Positions 26,501 through 39,200 of a stretch of 64,000 nt of DNA are shown in pieces. The DNA is taken from positions 47,956 through 111,955 of the IMG/VR virus record IMGVR_UViG_3300045988_175607. One strand, given 5' to 3'. The notes beneath the pieces were generated by a model. The model saw only the letters and a list, made by a program, of their open reading frames with translations, did no database searches and was not told the DNA's origin. Within the stretch, counting starts at the first letter, position 1. The number at the start of each line of letters is the position of its first letter. The position numbers and the translations under genes were made by a program. Source of the DNA: a virus.

Positions 26501-28383
26501 ATTGCCCACTGATACCAATTTCCTTCAGAATTATCAGATTTCCAATATTCGGCAACTTTTTCATTTTTATACTAATCAAAAGCTAAACCTTCATAATAAA
26601 TGCCCAATATTTTTCTGTCATCAAATTCATCTTGTGGAATTTTAACTTCAAGATAATCATAGCTCATCATTCCATTTTCATCAACTATTGGAGCATAAAT
26701 GGGACGAGTTAAATCATCTATAACTTTAATCGGCGTTCCTGTTAATGGTGAAATCATAGATTCATAAGTAACTTCAGCATAAGGATCATATAATTCTCGC
26801 CAATAACTCATTAAATCAGTATAAAACATTTCATATCCAGTACTTCCAAAAGGAAACAAATCTTTATCTTCTGGGTAAATACGATTAGCTTGCCGCACTC
26901 GCGCAAAAAAATCATCCATAGTTCCATATTGATAAAAATCGCGCGCCATTTGATATAAAATTTCTCGCCAATCCCAATCTTCATCAGTATAAGTGCGATG
27001 ATCTTGAGATTTATTATTGCCATATTTTTTTGCTTCTTCAGCATTAACTGCAATGGTTGTATATTCGGTGGGCTTTTTAGCAATAGCATATCGCATATGT
27101 ATGGGAATTTCACCACCGCCAACGCCTTTGCGAATACCATGAACAAAATAATCATTTTTCATATTCGCAATATTGGGAGAATTATTAAAAGAAGTGATTA
27201 AAGTACCATTATCAAAAGAAAATTTATAACAAGATTCATAGCCAGTCTATTTAAAATAAGTCTCGTTATTACTAGAACCCGTACCATTCCAAGGGGTATT
27301 AATAAAAGTTTGTTTTTTCTAAAAAATAAAAGTACCATAAACATCATAATAATATTCATAATCACCAAGAACTTTAACTATTTTATCTAATTGCGCAGTT
27401 ACGCTTTCTCCAGGATTACAAATAAAATCATTAGGATAAACCAAATCAGTGGGACGATAACCCGCAGTTTCACCATATTGGATTCGCGCAATTATGTATT
27501 TATCACGCTCTTTACCATGCTAAACCATATCTTTATTTAAAAGATATACTTTAGTTGGAATATTTATTTCTTTATCATTAAGAGTATCAAAAGTATAATA
27601 TTTAATAAAATCTTCTAATTTTACTTCTCGCTCAATTTCATTACCTTCAGAATCTTCGTCAATTGCATAAACAATCTAAGAACCATCAGTACTCATATTT
27701 TCATAATAATTGCCCTAAGAACTTAAACCATCCCAATACTTTTTAAATAAATATAAAGGAGTGTCTCCACGATACTCTAATAACTCAATACCGTTATTAT
27801 CGACATCATTAATTAATATATTCTAAATTGGTTCTAATCCATAAGTATGAACTAAATCAAAAATAATTCTTTTAAGTAATCTATCAACTCGAACTTCCTT
27901 ATTTAATTCAATATCATCATAAATAAATTGTCCAAAATTTACAGTCTATCCAATAGTACCACCAATACCACCATTTAAAAGACACATTTTATCTTGCCCT
28001 TGAATAGACATAGTAAAATTATTTAATGCCTAACTGGTAGAAAGTCCTGTGATAACATAGATTCCTGCAGGAAACCAAACTGTTTCAGGAAAATTTTCTG
28101 TATCAATAAAATTTTTTAATCCAATAGACAAAGAAAACTTGGTATGTAAACCCCAATGGAAAGCATTAATATCCATATCAGTCGTAACCAATGATAGATT
28201 ACATGTGCGGCGAACCGCTGAAGTACCATTAATATTAATGGTACCTCCGGTTACTCGTCCTTGAATTTCTTCAAGACAATGTATTTCATCAAAAGATAAT
28301 AAAATGATTCGCGCAAAAATTTCACGTTCTGTGTAAGTAAATAATTTATTTAAAAATTCTTCATTTAACAATGGATCAAACAT
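23548..28383 (-). CDS. Giant tail fibre / receptor-binding protein (about 1611 codons) with two tandem CBM-like modules
   Basis: Track ORFs 28030, 26572, 25135, 24208 and 23881 all have mod 3 = 1; the junctions 25840-26571 and 27163-28029 were translated by hand and contain only TAG; ATG 28383 overlaps the upstream TAA (TAATG); TAA 23548. Two copies of the ...DPSFENKSF... / IDLTxxFGxGxEPxxxWCxxNIP module. Confidence 0.45.
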
Positions 28384-31300
28384 TACTATCTTCGCGCCTC
28401 CTCATCTTCTGCTAAAGCAGCTTTTAATTTTTCTATGTAATCTCTATAAAGTTCATAAACCTCTTTACGCTATGCTGCAATTACTTTTACATAATCAGTT
28501 TCTCGCTTCCCATTTACTTCTTTTATAATAGGTCTGCGCGCCATTAATTCTTCCTCTGTTGGATCATCATAAAGCCAAAAACCAATTTCAGTATCACCTT
28601 GATACATACCCAATACAAGACCTTCAAGATTTGTATAGGCTTGCATCCAACGACTATCACTTAAATGAGGTTTTTTACCAGTAACTTCATTAGGAGTTAA
28701 ATCAACCCAAACTTTTGCCCAATTCGCTGGAGTATCATATAAATAATGCTCTTCAGTCGTCCATTGTGCTCCAGCTAATACGTATCCTGATAAATAATAA
28801 CTTGGAATTTCTTCACCTTCCATTATTGAACAACAAGTCATCCAAGTATAATCCTCATCATTTAAAGTGGGTTCTTCAAACGCAATTTCATTATAAGTAA
28901 TATCAGCACCCAGTTTCATCCAGTGACTCTTAAGGCCTTCATCTAAATTAGTCCAAATTAAAGCGCCAGTAAAGCCAAGTTTTTCATCATAAGTGGAATC
29001 ATCGTATAATTCTTCATTACAGCCAATTCCAATACCGCTCCAATGTTCACTTTCTGGTTTAAAATCATCATGCCAATGGCGTCGAATTAAATCTAAATCA
29101 TAAGCTGTACCAAATAACCAATTTTTTAAAGTCTATAAAGCATCAAAATATTTATCCTTAGCATCCCTTACAACTTCATCAACATTTTCTAAACGATAAG
29201 TGGTAACACGAGTTCTTAAAGATACATGCCCAACTACGCCATTACCTTGAGTTAAAGTTTCGGGGATGCTGGGCGCACGCAGATAATATTTTTTAATTTC
29301 TTTTAAAGAGATAGCATTGCCATCAATATAAACACAAGGATCATAATCTTCTGCTTTAATTATTTTATCATTAAAATAATCATAATAATGAGTTATATCA
29401 CTTATTATTTCTAAAATTGCTTCACTATTTATTAAAGGCAATTCAAAAGCTGAATTTTCTGGATCAACTAAAAGATAAGTATATTCAGAGCCTCTCCTTT
29501 GTATATTTTTTATTTTCCAAGGTGTGCCATAACCAGTTAAAGACCTTGAAATAACTCTTTTATAAATATCTTTTGCGCCATCTTTTAAATATACAATAAC
29601 GCCCTGATTTAATTGTGCCGGTCGCAATTCATATAAATACCAAGGGTCTAATATACTAAAATCTTTAACTCTTTCAGAACATAAAGAGTCATAGTAAAAA
29701 ATATAAGGAGTTACAGTTTCACCACTTACGCGCCCTAAATCCTAATAATATAAAGGTAAAATTGGCCGCAGCTAAAAATTATAAATATGCCATCTCTCAA
29801 CTACAGTTCGTGTATCGACTATTTCATTAAGAATATCATGCTCACCAATAAATTGTCTATCTGCTATATCTACAATTTCAAAATCTGTGACAGTATCAAA
29901 AGCAACCTCTTTAGTTGCATAATAACCATAAGTTAAATGTCCTGAGCCGTGACCATAGGCGGGTAACTTAATTTCAGAAATCTCATCTTTAATATCATTT
30001 AATAAATAACCACCTGTTGCACCAATAGTAACTAAAACGCCATCTATTAGCACTTTCTCTCCTGGAGTCATGCCAATAAATTCAGCCATTACTGCGGGAT
30101 GTTTATTTAATAAAATATCTTCATTACTTTGCGCTAATTTCCAAAGTTCGATAGTCTCCCAACGCAATTGCTTTTCAGAAGCTTGCTCAATCTAAATAAA
30201 ATTATATTTATCTAAATTTTCATAAGAACTTTCCGCAATTTCATAAGCTGAACAAGTAAAAGTATGCAACATGCGACCGGTTGGGTCCACAGGCGCCATA
30301 GTGGCATTTAAAAGACGCACAATATAGTTCCCTTCACCTGGAGATCTAAATATTTTAGGCTTACCATCCGTAAGCCATTCATATGCTTTTAATTTAAATA
30401 TCCTTTCAGAATATAAATTACTTGTAATTAAATCTATTGTATAGCCTTCAAATTGTAAATCATTTTTAGAAATAAATAATTCTTCTTCATCACTATAATA
30501 AGATAATAAACCTGAAAGGCTAAATTCTTTATAATTAATATTACCATTACGAAAAATAAAAGGATACTTACCACCGATAGTTTCTTGTTTAACTTCCTGT
30601 AAATCAGATTTAAATGTTGCAACCTTGGGATTATATTTTACTTTTAGCTATCTTTTACCATCATAAAGAAATGCATCTTCAAAATCAGCACGAATTTTTT
30701 CTGATAAAATTCTATTAGAATATAATCCTGCATCGTTATACTGCTAAATGCTGTACTAATAAGTTACACCTTGTTCTGTTGTAAAATCTCGCCAGCTCCA
30801 AGAAGAAGGTAATTGCGCTTGCATAGAAAATTTAGCAATCTCATTCCAAATCATGAAATCATCATTACTATTTGAACGAGATACAGAAAATAATCCAGTT
30901 GCGGGGATTTCTAAGCCGCTTTCGCCAATTTTTCCAGATAATGTTAAAGTAATATAACCATTATCAAAATTATTGGTAACAAGTAAATCAGCTCGCATTT
31001 CTGGATCAATAGAATGATGTTGAATTAATCTATATCGAGGAGAAGATACAATTAATCCATTATTTGTTTTTACTGTATATTGTATATAATAAATTTCATC
31101 AACTTTTAAATCTTTGGGAAAATCAAATGTATCAATAGAAGTATGATAGGTCGTATCATTTAATCCATTATGTACTAATTCTCCAGAAGTAGCAATAAGT
31201 TTTTCATTACTATCATACACATTAAAATGATAACTATATACTTTCTCAGTAGTGTCCTAATCCATTCCCTTTTGAGAATATTGTCCAGTATAATGAAACA

Positions 31301-31682
31301 TATGTAAATTAACTGTATAGCGCTCAAGACCTACAATCGTTACACTGGGCTTAGAAGTGCATTTTACTGAACTTACTGAAGAGTAATAACCCACTCCCGC
31401 AACACTCATATATGCCAACTAAATTTTATAATATTCACCTGGCACCATATTAACGCCAGAAACATCAAAATATGCTTCCATTTTATCTAAATCCCAACTT
31501 GTTGCGGGTAAAGCGTTAATAAGTAAAGTATCACTTAATATATTTTTTACAATAATAGCAAAACCTGTTATATCTGTTTTATGAACTGAACGATTCATAG
31601 TGAAAGGAACAGTTAATATATTACCATAAAACGCAGGAACTTTCCCCAAAGTGGGAGGATATAGTTTTTTTGCTATTGGCAT
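28383..31682 (-). CDS. Large tail/baseplate protein (about 1099 codons)
   Basis: Track ORFs 31419, 30756, 29772, 29133 and 28470 all have mod 3 = 0; the gap 30168-30755 was translated by hand and contains only TAG; SD TAAGGAGG + ATG 31682; TAA 28383-28385. Confidence 0.45.
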
Positions 31683-31697
31683 ATCACCTTTTCCTCC

Positions 31698-32081
31698 TTA
31701 TTTATATTATTTACTTTCGTCAATCATAAAAGCTAATACTGACATTTGCTCAGGAGTAAATTTCATATCTTCAATCCAGCTTAACGGGATTAAAGAAATA
31801 TCTAACTCTTGTTTTAAAAACATCAGTTCATTTAATTCCTAATTAGCTATTGGAAGTTTATCTTGAGGTATAGTCAACCCCTAATCAGAATTGACTATAC
31901 CATAATGTTCAATTATTGAATCCTTCGCGGCAATTATTGCCATATCAAGCTAATTAAAAAGATTAATATTTTTTTGTATATAAAAGATTATTTTCGCAGG
32001 AAAATATTCTGGACTATTTTTTAAACAATCAAAAGACAAAGCTTTTGTATGTATTTCATAATTAGTTAATTCAATTTTCAT
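31698..32081 (-). CDS. Hypothetical small protein (about 127 codons, 3 in-frame TAG)
   Basis: ATG 32081 overlaps the end of the upstream gene; hand translation runs to TAA at 31698. Confidence 0.4.
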
Positions 32082-35000
32082 AAAAACTATTCCCACTTCG
32101 TGATTTTACTAGTATTACATTACCAACATTGCCCTTTAATAAACTCGCTAATGTTTGCTTGGTAACATTACCATTAGCAGCTACATCAGTAACCACTTCA
32201 ACGTTTAAATTATCTTTAGACAATAAATAGACTTGCTATGCTATACCTATTCCAGCATTTAATGAATATAAATAAATATCATCCATCATTTCACCATTAC
32301 TATCTAACTTTTTTAAATGCAAATTACAATTATTATCTATAGTACAATAAGTAAAAGCACTTTTATTGATAGTACACTCTCTTAAAAAACCATCGGTTAT
32401 ACTGCCATTTTTTAAATTACCATTTATTAATGTTGCAGGTTTATCAGTATAATCATTTCTACCTAAATCAATATTTGTACCTTCTGTAATTCCGCTTAAA
32501 GAAATACCTGTAAAAGTACCATTAGTAGATTGTACGATTCCATCTGAAGTGATAGCAAAATTTTTGCCTATTTTTATTGTCCCTCGAATTAAGTCAATAA
32601 TCATTCCACTAATTACATTTCCGCTAGAATCAGCTCGATAGTTACTTGAACATAATTCATATTTTTGATCAGACATATAAACCAAATCTGTTGTTACATT
32701 ACTACTTGGAACCCATCCCAATATTTCATCATAAAAATAAGCTGGTGAAGTGATTTTAAAATAAGGGCCAATCTATCCACTATCTTCATCAATAATTTCA
32801 GGACTAGAATCTAAAGTAATACTTTTAGAAGTTAATTTAAAAGCATAAGCGTCAATATGGCCTTCAGTTAAATCAATTCTCATGCCTGAACCGGCCTCTT
32901 CTGATGTTCCTGGCATATAATTACCAGATTGTATTGATCCACTAGTGCCATCAAACAAAATGCGGCCTTCACCTGAACGCCCCATAAATGCAGTACCATC
33001 TTCCATGAAAGCAAAACTCATTTCACCATCACGGAAACCATATAATCCAGTTTGTGAAGCAATTGTACCCTCAACCGAAGAGCCTGACCAATCACCCAAC
33101 ATTACACCAGAAAATTGGTTCTAATCATTTTTAGAACCTGCCGCAATCATAGTAGATAAAATACTACCCTCAGAAGTATTTAATGCAACAGTAGAACCAT
33201 TCCATCGATCTATCATTGCAGAAGGGTAGCGATTTTTAGAAATAATTAATCTCTAATACCATTGTTGATTATATTTATCTTGACCAACTAAAACTACTTT
33301 TGGCATTCCATCAACATACATTACTGGTGGAAATAAAAAATATTCATTTTGATTATTTTTATAAAGCTATGGAGTATATTTAGTGCTTTCTTTAACAGCT
33401 TTCCATTCTTCTTCATCATTATACAATAAACTCCAAGTACTTACAACTTCTTGTCCAGCACTATTAAAAAGCTTTAATTTATCTTTATAATAATAAACAT
33501 AACCAGAAGAATCATAAATAATACTTGTTGGAACAGCAGCCATTGAATAGCTACCACCGCTATTATAATTTTTAATAATAGGAATAGAACAATATGTAAT
33601 TAATTCCATCCCATTCTAATAAATTTTTGCTTGCAATATTGCGCCACTATAATCATTAGTAAAATCATAATCTTTATTTAAGCTTACAGTCCTTGTTGCA
33701 ATACTTGGTCGCCCAGGTGCTTTAATATAAACACCCAAACTTAATTTATCAGTATCTTCTGGAATGGCATTAATTTCTATATTAGTACCATCTAATTCTA
33801 TTTCTTCATTATTTTCATAATTGAATAATTTAGCTGTAACTTTAATAACATGATTTTTATTATCATAAATTAAATAAGGCTCATTACAAGGATCAATATT
33901 TAAAGTTAATGTATAAGGGCTACCTGAAGTTCCAGAAGGGCCAAAATGAAATTGATAATTTGTGCTATATGATACGCCAGAAATTATTGTATCTGCAATA
34001 ATAGAATTATTCAAATAACTTTGTGAATAAAAAGGAGATATTCCGTAAATAAAATAATTGGTGTATCCATCGGCAGTTCTAATAATGCGCTTGCGCACAA
34101 TTAATGAAGAATAATCTCTCTCATAAACAGCAAGACTATAATCATCTATAATATCTCCAACTGTTACAGTAATGGGTACATAATTTGTTTGAACATAATA
34201 CTCTTTATTCTTTTCAAACTCATTAGCCGTAACCATATAATAACTGCCGCCCTCATTAGTATAATACATACGAAGAGGAATGTTTTTCCCTATGGCTTCT
34301 TCAGGACATTCCCATTTTAAATAGCTATTTTCACTATATATATAATATTCTTTATTAAGCTAAAATCTAGTATCAGTGGTTAAAACATATTTAGGAACTA
34401 TTTCCCAATCATAATAACTATCATCAAAAACAGTTATCATTGTTCCTGTCATTGGAATTGTCCAATCAATATATGAAGTAGTAGAACTATTTAATTCATC
34501 ATTATTATAATAAGCTTTTATAATTCGCTTTTCATAAGAATCACTTAAATTAGCAATATTACCACCAACATTATAACGATAATAATTACCTTCGCTACCA
34601 TCTAAGGGCTTTATCTAAAAAGCGGTTAATGCGGTAATTATTGCAGGGTTAACCACGTCTTGCTCATTATAAAATGTTAAAATATTACTAATAAAATAAT
34701 AAGCACCTTGCCGCACTATTACTTTAATCTATTCTGTAGATTCCAAAAGATTAGGAGAAAAATAATATTCACTTAAATCATTATTTTTAAATCCTCCATC
34801 ACTATCAGGTATACGCTCCCAATATAACCCAGAATACGCATCACTTGTTTCAGCACCACGTTTGTAATGATACCAGCGTACTTCTGCATCTCCAAGAGCG
34901 ACAATATCGCTATAGTCTAGTGATCGCACCACTTTCTTAGCATCTTGATGTACCCAGCGCAATTTAATTACTTTAGTATTCTATTCTTCGCTTGCGGCCG

Positions 35001-36156
35001 CGCTATATGCTTGCGAGGATACTGAAAAAATTTGAACTTTATCAGTACCAAATTGAGTTATATCATAACCAAAACATATATAAGGATCATTAACAAATAA
35101 ATTTTCACTTACTTCTGGTTTAACCGTTTTTCCATTCCCATTTTTAAAACTGCCAGGTTCTTGATAAAACTACAACTCTAATTTTGTAATAGCATTAAAG
35201 TTTGATATATCAAAAACTTTTTCTTGGGGATAAAAGCCTTTAAAATCAAATTTATTGCCATTCATATCATCAGAATCTAAAATTAATTCATAGACACCGG
35301 TTTTAGAAGAATTTCCACTAACCGGCCCATTAAGTGAAGCAGTTAACAATAAACGTAAACCATAATGACCTTCAATAACATTAAGATTTTGTAAAAGCGA
35401 ACAAAATTCACCTTTTAACCCCAATCTATCATAGCCAGCAATTGGATAAGAGGGCTCATATTCCCATAAAGTAATTGATTGAATTTTCTAACTATTCAAC
35501 TCAGTACTGCTAACATATAATATAGAAGATTCAGGAACTGGAATATATTTTAAATTTTTATTATAAAAGTTATAAATATTAGTTTGAGCAATAGCGATTT
35601 TTTCAGCATTAGGATTATTTTCTTTTTGCAAATTATCATAATCATTATAAAGCACTTTTAATTGCTCATACATTTCATCACTAATAATATCTCGATTATT
35701 AGCAACTAATACTGAAATTTCATAACAAATTTCGCTCATGGTAGCTTGATGATCATTTTGTTTTGTTTCATCCATACCATAATTAGCTATTAGCCCTTTT
35801 TTCTTGATTGGTATATCAATAATATTTTCTGTAATATCAATAATTGTTCCAAAAGGAGATGTGAATGTATATGATGTTGAACCACTATACATTTTTTTAC
35901 CAATGATTAAACATTGTTCTTCTCGATTATTATTTGGTACAATTACATATACCTAATCATTTTCCTAATATGAAGTATTTGAAGAATATGCGGCAAACTC
36001 TACTGAACCATCATTAACAGTATAAATGCCATTTTCTGCATCTGCGGCATCTACTATTTTACAAATTAATGTTGCATTAAAAGATAAGCCCTGAATGCGC
36101 TGACTTACAATTTCATCAACTGCCGCGCAAAAAGTTTCTTCATAATTAATACCCAT
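32071..36156 (-). CDS. Giant tail tip/baseplate protein immediately downstream of the tape measure (about 1361 codons)
   Basis: Eight track ORFs (35965, 35488, 35170, 34729, 33616, 33367, 32773, 32236) all have mod 3 = 1 and end in TAG; SD AGAAAGGAG + ATG 36156 preceded by TAA; TGA at 32071. Its position after the TMP suggests a distal-tail/Tal-like role. Confidence 0.45.
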
Positions 36157-36230
36157 ATTATACTCACTCCTTTCTCTCTTAAATCCTATTTTATTATAAA
36201 AATTTTCACAGATTATTTAATCATATTAGC

Positions 36231-36270
36231 CCAAATAAAAAAAAGAGGAATGAGCTATTATGCTCATTCC
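36231..36270 (-). terminator. Rho-independent terminator after the tape measure gene (GGAATGAGC/GCTCATTCC)
   Basis: Perfect 9-bp stem, 6-nt loop; A-run 36231-36246 on plus gives the minus T-tract. Confidence 0.6.
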
Positions 36271-36279
36271 TCAAAAAGA

Positions 36280-39200
36280 TTATTGAATTTTACTATTTAC
36301 GTATTGCGCCGCCGCATTAACCAGATTATTAAAAGCATCTTCAATTTCATTACTATTGGTTACACTTGGGAACGTGGCTTGAATTTCAACTTTTTGTTTT
36401 AATTCATTCTGCAATTGTCCCTTAATCTGCGCCGCAACTTGTTGCGCAAAGGAAGCATAGCGAATATTGCGATTAATTTGATTATTCATATCACGCACTA
36501 TATTTACAGAATCAAGAATATTAGCGGTATCTTTTTTATTTAAGACTAACTCTTTTTCATGGAGAAGAGCAACTTTTCCATCAGAGGTTCCCCAATTACC
36601 AGTATAGCCGCCTGTAGCATAGCCATACAACCACTTAGAAGCTGTTTTTGATCCTTTAAGCCAATCAAAATAATCGGTTGACCAATTGCTGGTATAAAGC
36701 CCACTGATAGTTTTTGTTATTTTTTTACTTTTTCCATTTGAAGATGTTGCAGTTGCAGCTTTATTGGCAGCATTATTACGTTGTTGCTAATACCGCTGCT
36801 CCCTTGCATACTAAGATTCTTTTCCATAATTATAAAATTCTTCAATAACATCATCTGCATCTGAAGTATCATATCTGCGCTCAGGCAAAGGAACAGTACG
36901 ATAAACCCCTTTTCCCCCTCCACCAGGTGTTTTAGGGGGATTTTTCGGGCTTCCACCACTATCACTAGTCCCACTATTACTTTCATTACCAATCATATAT
37001 CCGCGGTATTCTCCACCTGCTTCACCAGTGTAGCTAGGTGTCCAATCCCAATCAATTTCAGGTGGATGATCCTTAAAATAATCTTCCCAACTACTATATC
37101 CAGCAGGCACTTCATAGGAGCTAAGATTCCATTTTTCGTTTGCGGCCATCATATCTCTAATGGCATTAAGATATGTTTCTTTCCAAGTTTGAATAGTGTC
37201 AATAACTTTTGTGATACTATCAGAAATATCTCCCATGAAAGAATCCATATCTTTAGCAAGGTCTTCAGTTTTACCATTCACCCAATCAATATTAATAATA
37301 ACATTATTACTGAAATTATCACTATCAATTCCCGCAGATTCATTAGCTTTGCGGATAGTATCTTGTAAATTTTTATACTGATTAATTAACTATTCTGGCG
37401 CATCTTTAACACCATTCATTAAGTTAGTTATATAAGTTAAGAAATCAGTCATAATGCCTTCATCGGCAAATACTGTATCAGCTAAAGTAGAATTACTATC
37501 AGCTAAAGCTTTATCAAATTCTACAGCGAGATATTGCAATTTATCATAATAGAATTGATAAATCTTCCAAGCCTTTTCTTGATAATCGGCTGCATTCTTA
37601 TCAAGCCCGCCAAGTTCTTCAAACATATTGTTTAAAGCATCAATAACTTGAGACTCCATTTCATTACGATATTCTTTCGCAGCTTTTTGCATATCATGCA
37701 ATTTATCTTCATAATTTTGTTCAGCTTCTGCGATTTTGTCTTGATCGGCAGTATAAACATAACCCCAATTACCTTCTGAATCGCGCTTCAGCTAGACCGT
37801 ATTCTTAGCATTGCGAGCCTCTTCCAAAGCAATTTCCGCAAGCAGTAATTCATATCTCGCACGCGCATGGTCTAAGTCATATTGGCTCATTAATGCGCCT
37901 TCTTCTTGATATTTTAATATTTCTTTTTGGAAATCAGCTAATCGACGTTTCGCTGAAAGATTGCTAGTATCATCAATCTCTTTGTCAATCTCACGATTTA
38001 ACTTGCTAATTTCATACCAACGGTCGAAATCATCAAGGTAGCGCTCGCGCACATCATTAACTTTATCAAGCTTATCAGCCATTGCATCTAAGCCATCGAC
38101 GAAAAGATTATCTTTGAAGTGCTGTATAATGGCTTCAACTTTACTTTCAAAAAATTCTGTTGCGGCTTCAATTGTATTCTACCAAGAGGAAATGAATGCT
38201 TCATAAGCTTCTTCACTTGCGGTTTCAAGTTCACGAACTTTTTCTTGCCAGAATAAAATATTTTCTTGGTCTCCTTGCTCAACTGCACGGGCAAGAGCTT
38301 TTTTAGTTTCTGCCAATGCTTGATTGTAAGTGTCAAGACGCTTTTTGTTATTATCAATCGTAGCGATTGAAGTATCCATTCTTTGTTGTAAGAGTTTTTG
38401 ATAAGTAGCAAAATCTTTAGTATTCATGCCAAGCAATTCCATAGTGTCACTGAAATGCTCAAGTACACTACCATAAGTCTCAAATCGACCTTCCGCTTCA
38501 TCAAAGCGCTCGGTCATCTTATCAATAGCCTCATTGAATTTCTCTTCAACCTCTTGAACTTTATCAAGCATTTTGAGATTAAGTTCTAAAAGCTTAGATT
38601 GATAATCTTTAATAGTATCCCATTGGTCTTGAGTTAATTCAGTAAGACCATATTTCATTGCACTATCATAAATTTTTTGAATAGCATCTTGATATTCCTT
38701 AGATTGTTTCATATACTCAGGAATATAATCGCCCATTTTATTAATCTATATATCAATATTTAATGTGCGGCTTCGAGTAAGTTTTTCAATTTCATACTCT
38801 ACTCGCTCAATTTCCTTTTCTGATAATTCAATCTTAAAATCAACTTCAACAGTTATGGCTTCTAACTCTAAATCAACAATTTGATTATAATAATCAATTA
38901 ATTTATCATATTCATCTTGCCATAAATCATGAGTTTCTTCATATTGATTAAGCGCATCTACTTTATCTTGATAAGCTTTTTCTGCTTCGTCGGTAAGCGA
39001 AGCATTAAATTCTGCAACCCAACCCGCAACAAGAGAATCATAATTATTGACATTGCCGCGAGAATCAAATGTTGCGCCCAAGGCTGCAAGAGCTTTTTGA
39101 TCATCAATGAGATTATCATTGATTTCAGTCATGTATTGTTTTTGGGCTTCCGTAAGCTCTTTGGTTTTCTCTATCTCCTCTTGGATAAGAGCAACCTTGG

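Noticed and set aside
30434-30622. Track ORF 30434..30622 (62 aa, frame 2) as a separate gene inside the 28383..31682 region
   Set aside because: It is out of frame relative to the five same-frame fragments forming the large gene, and its translation is hydrophobic and low-complexity (LSVVSILLFFVMVILIIKNL).
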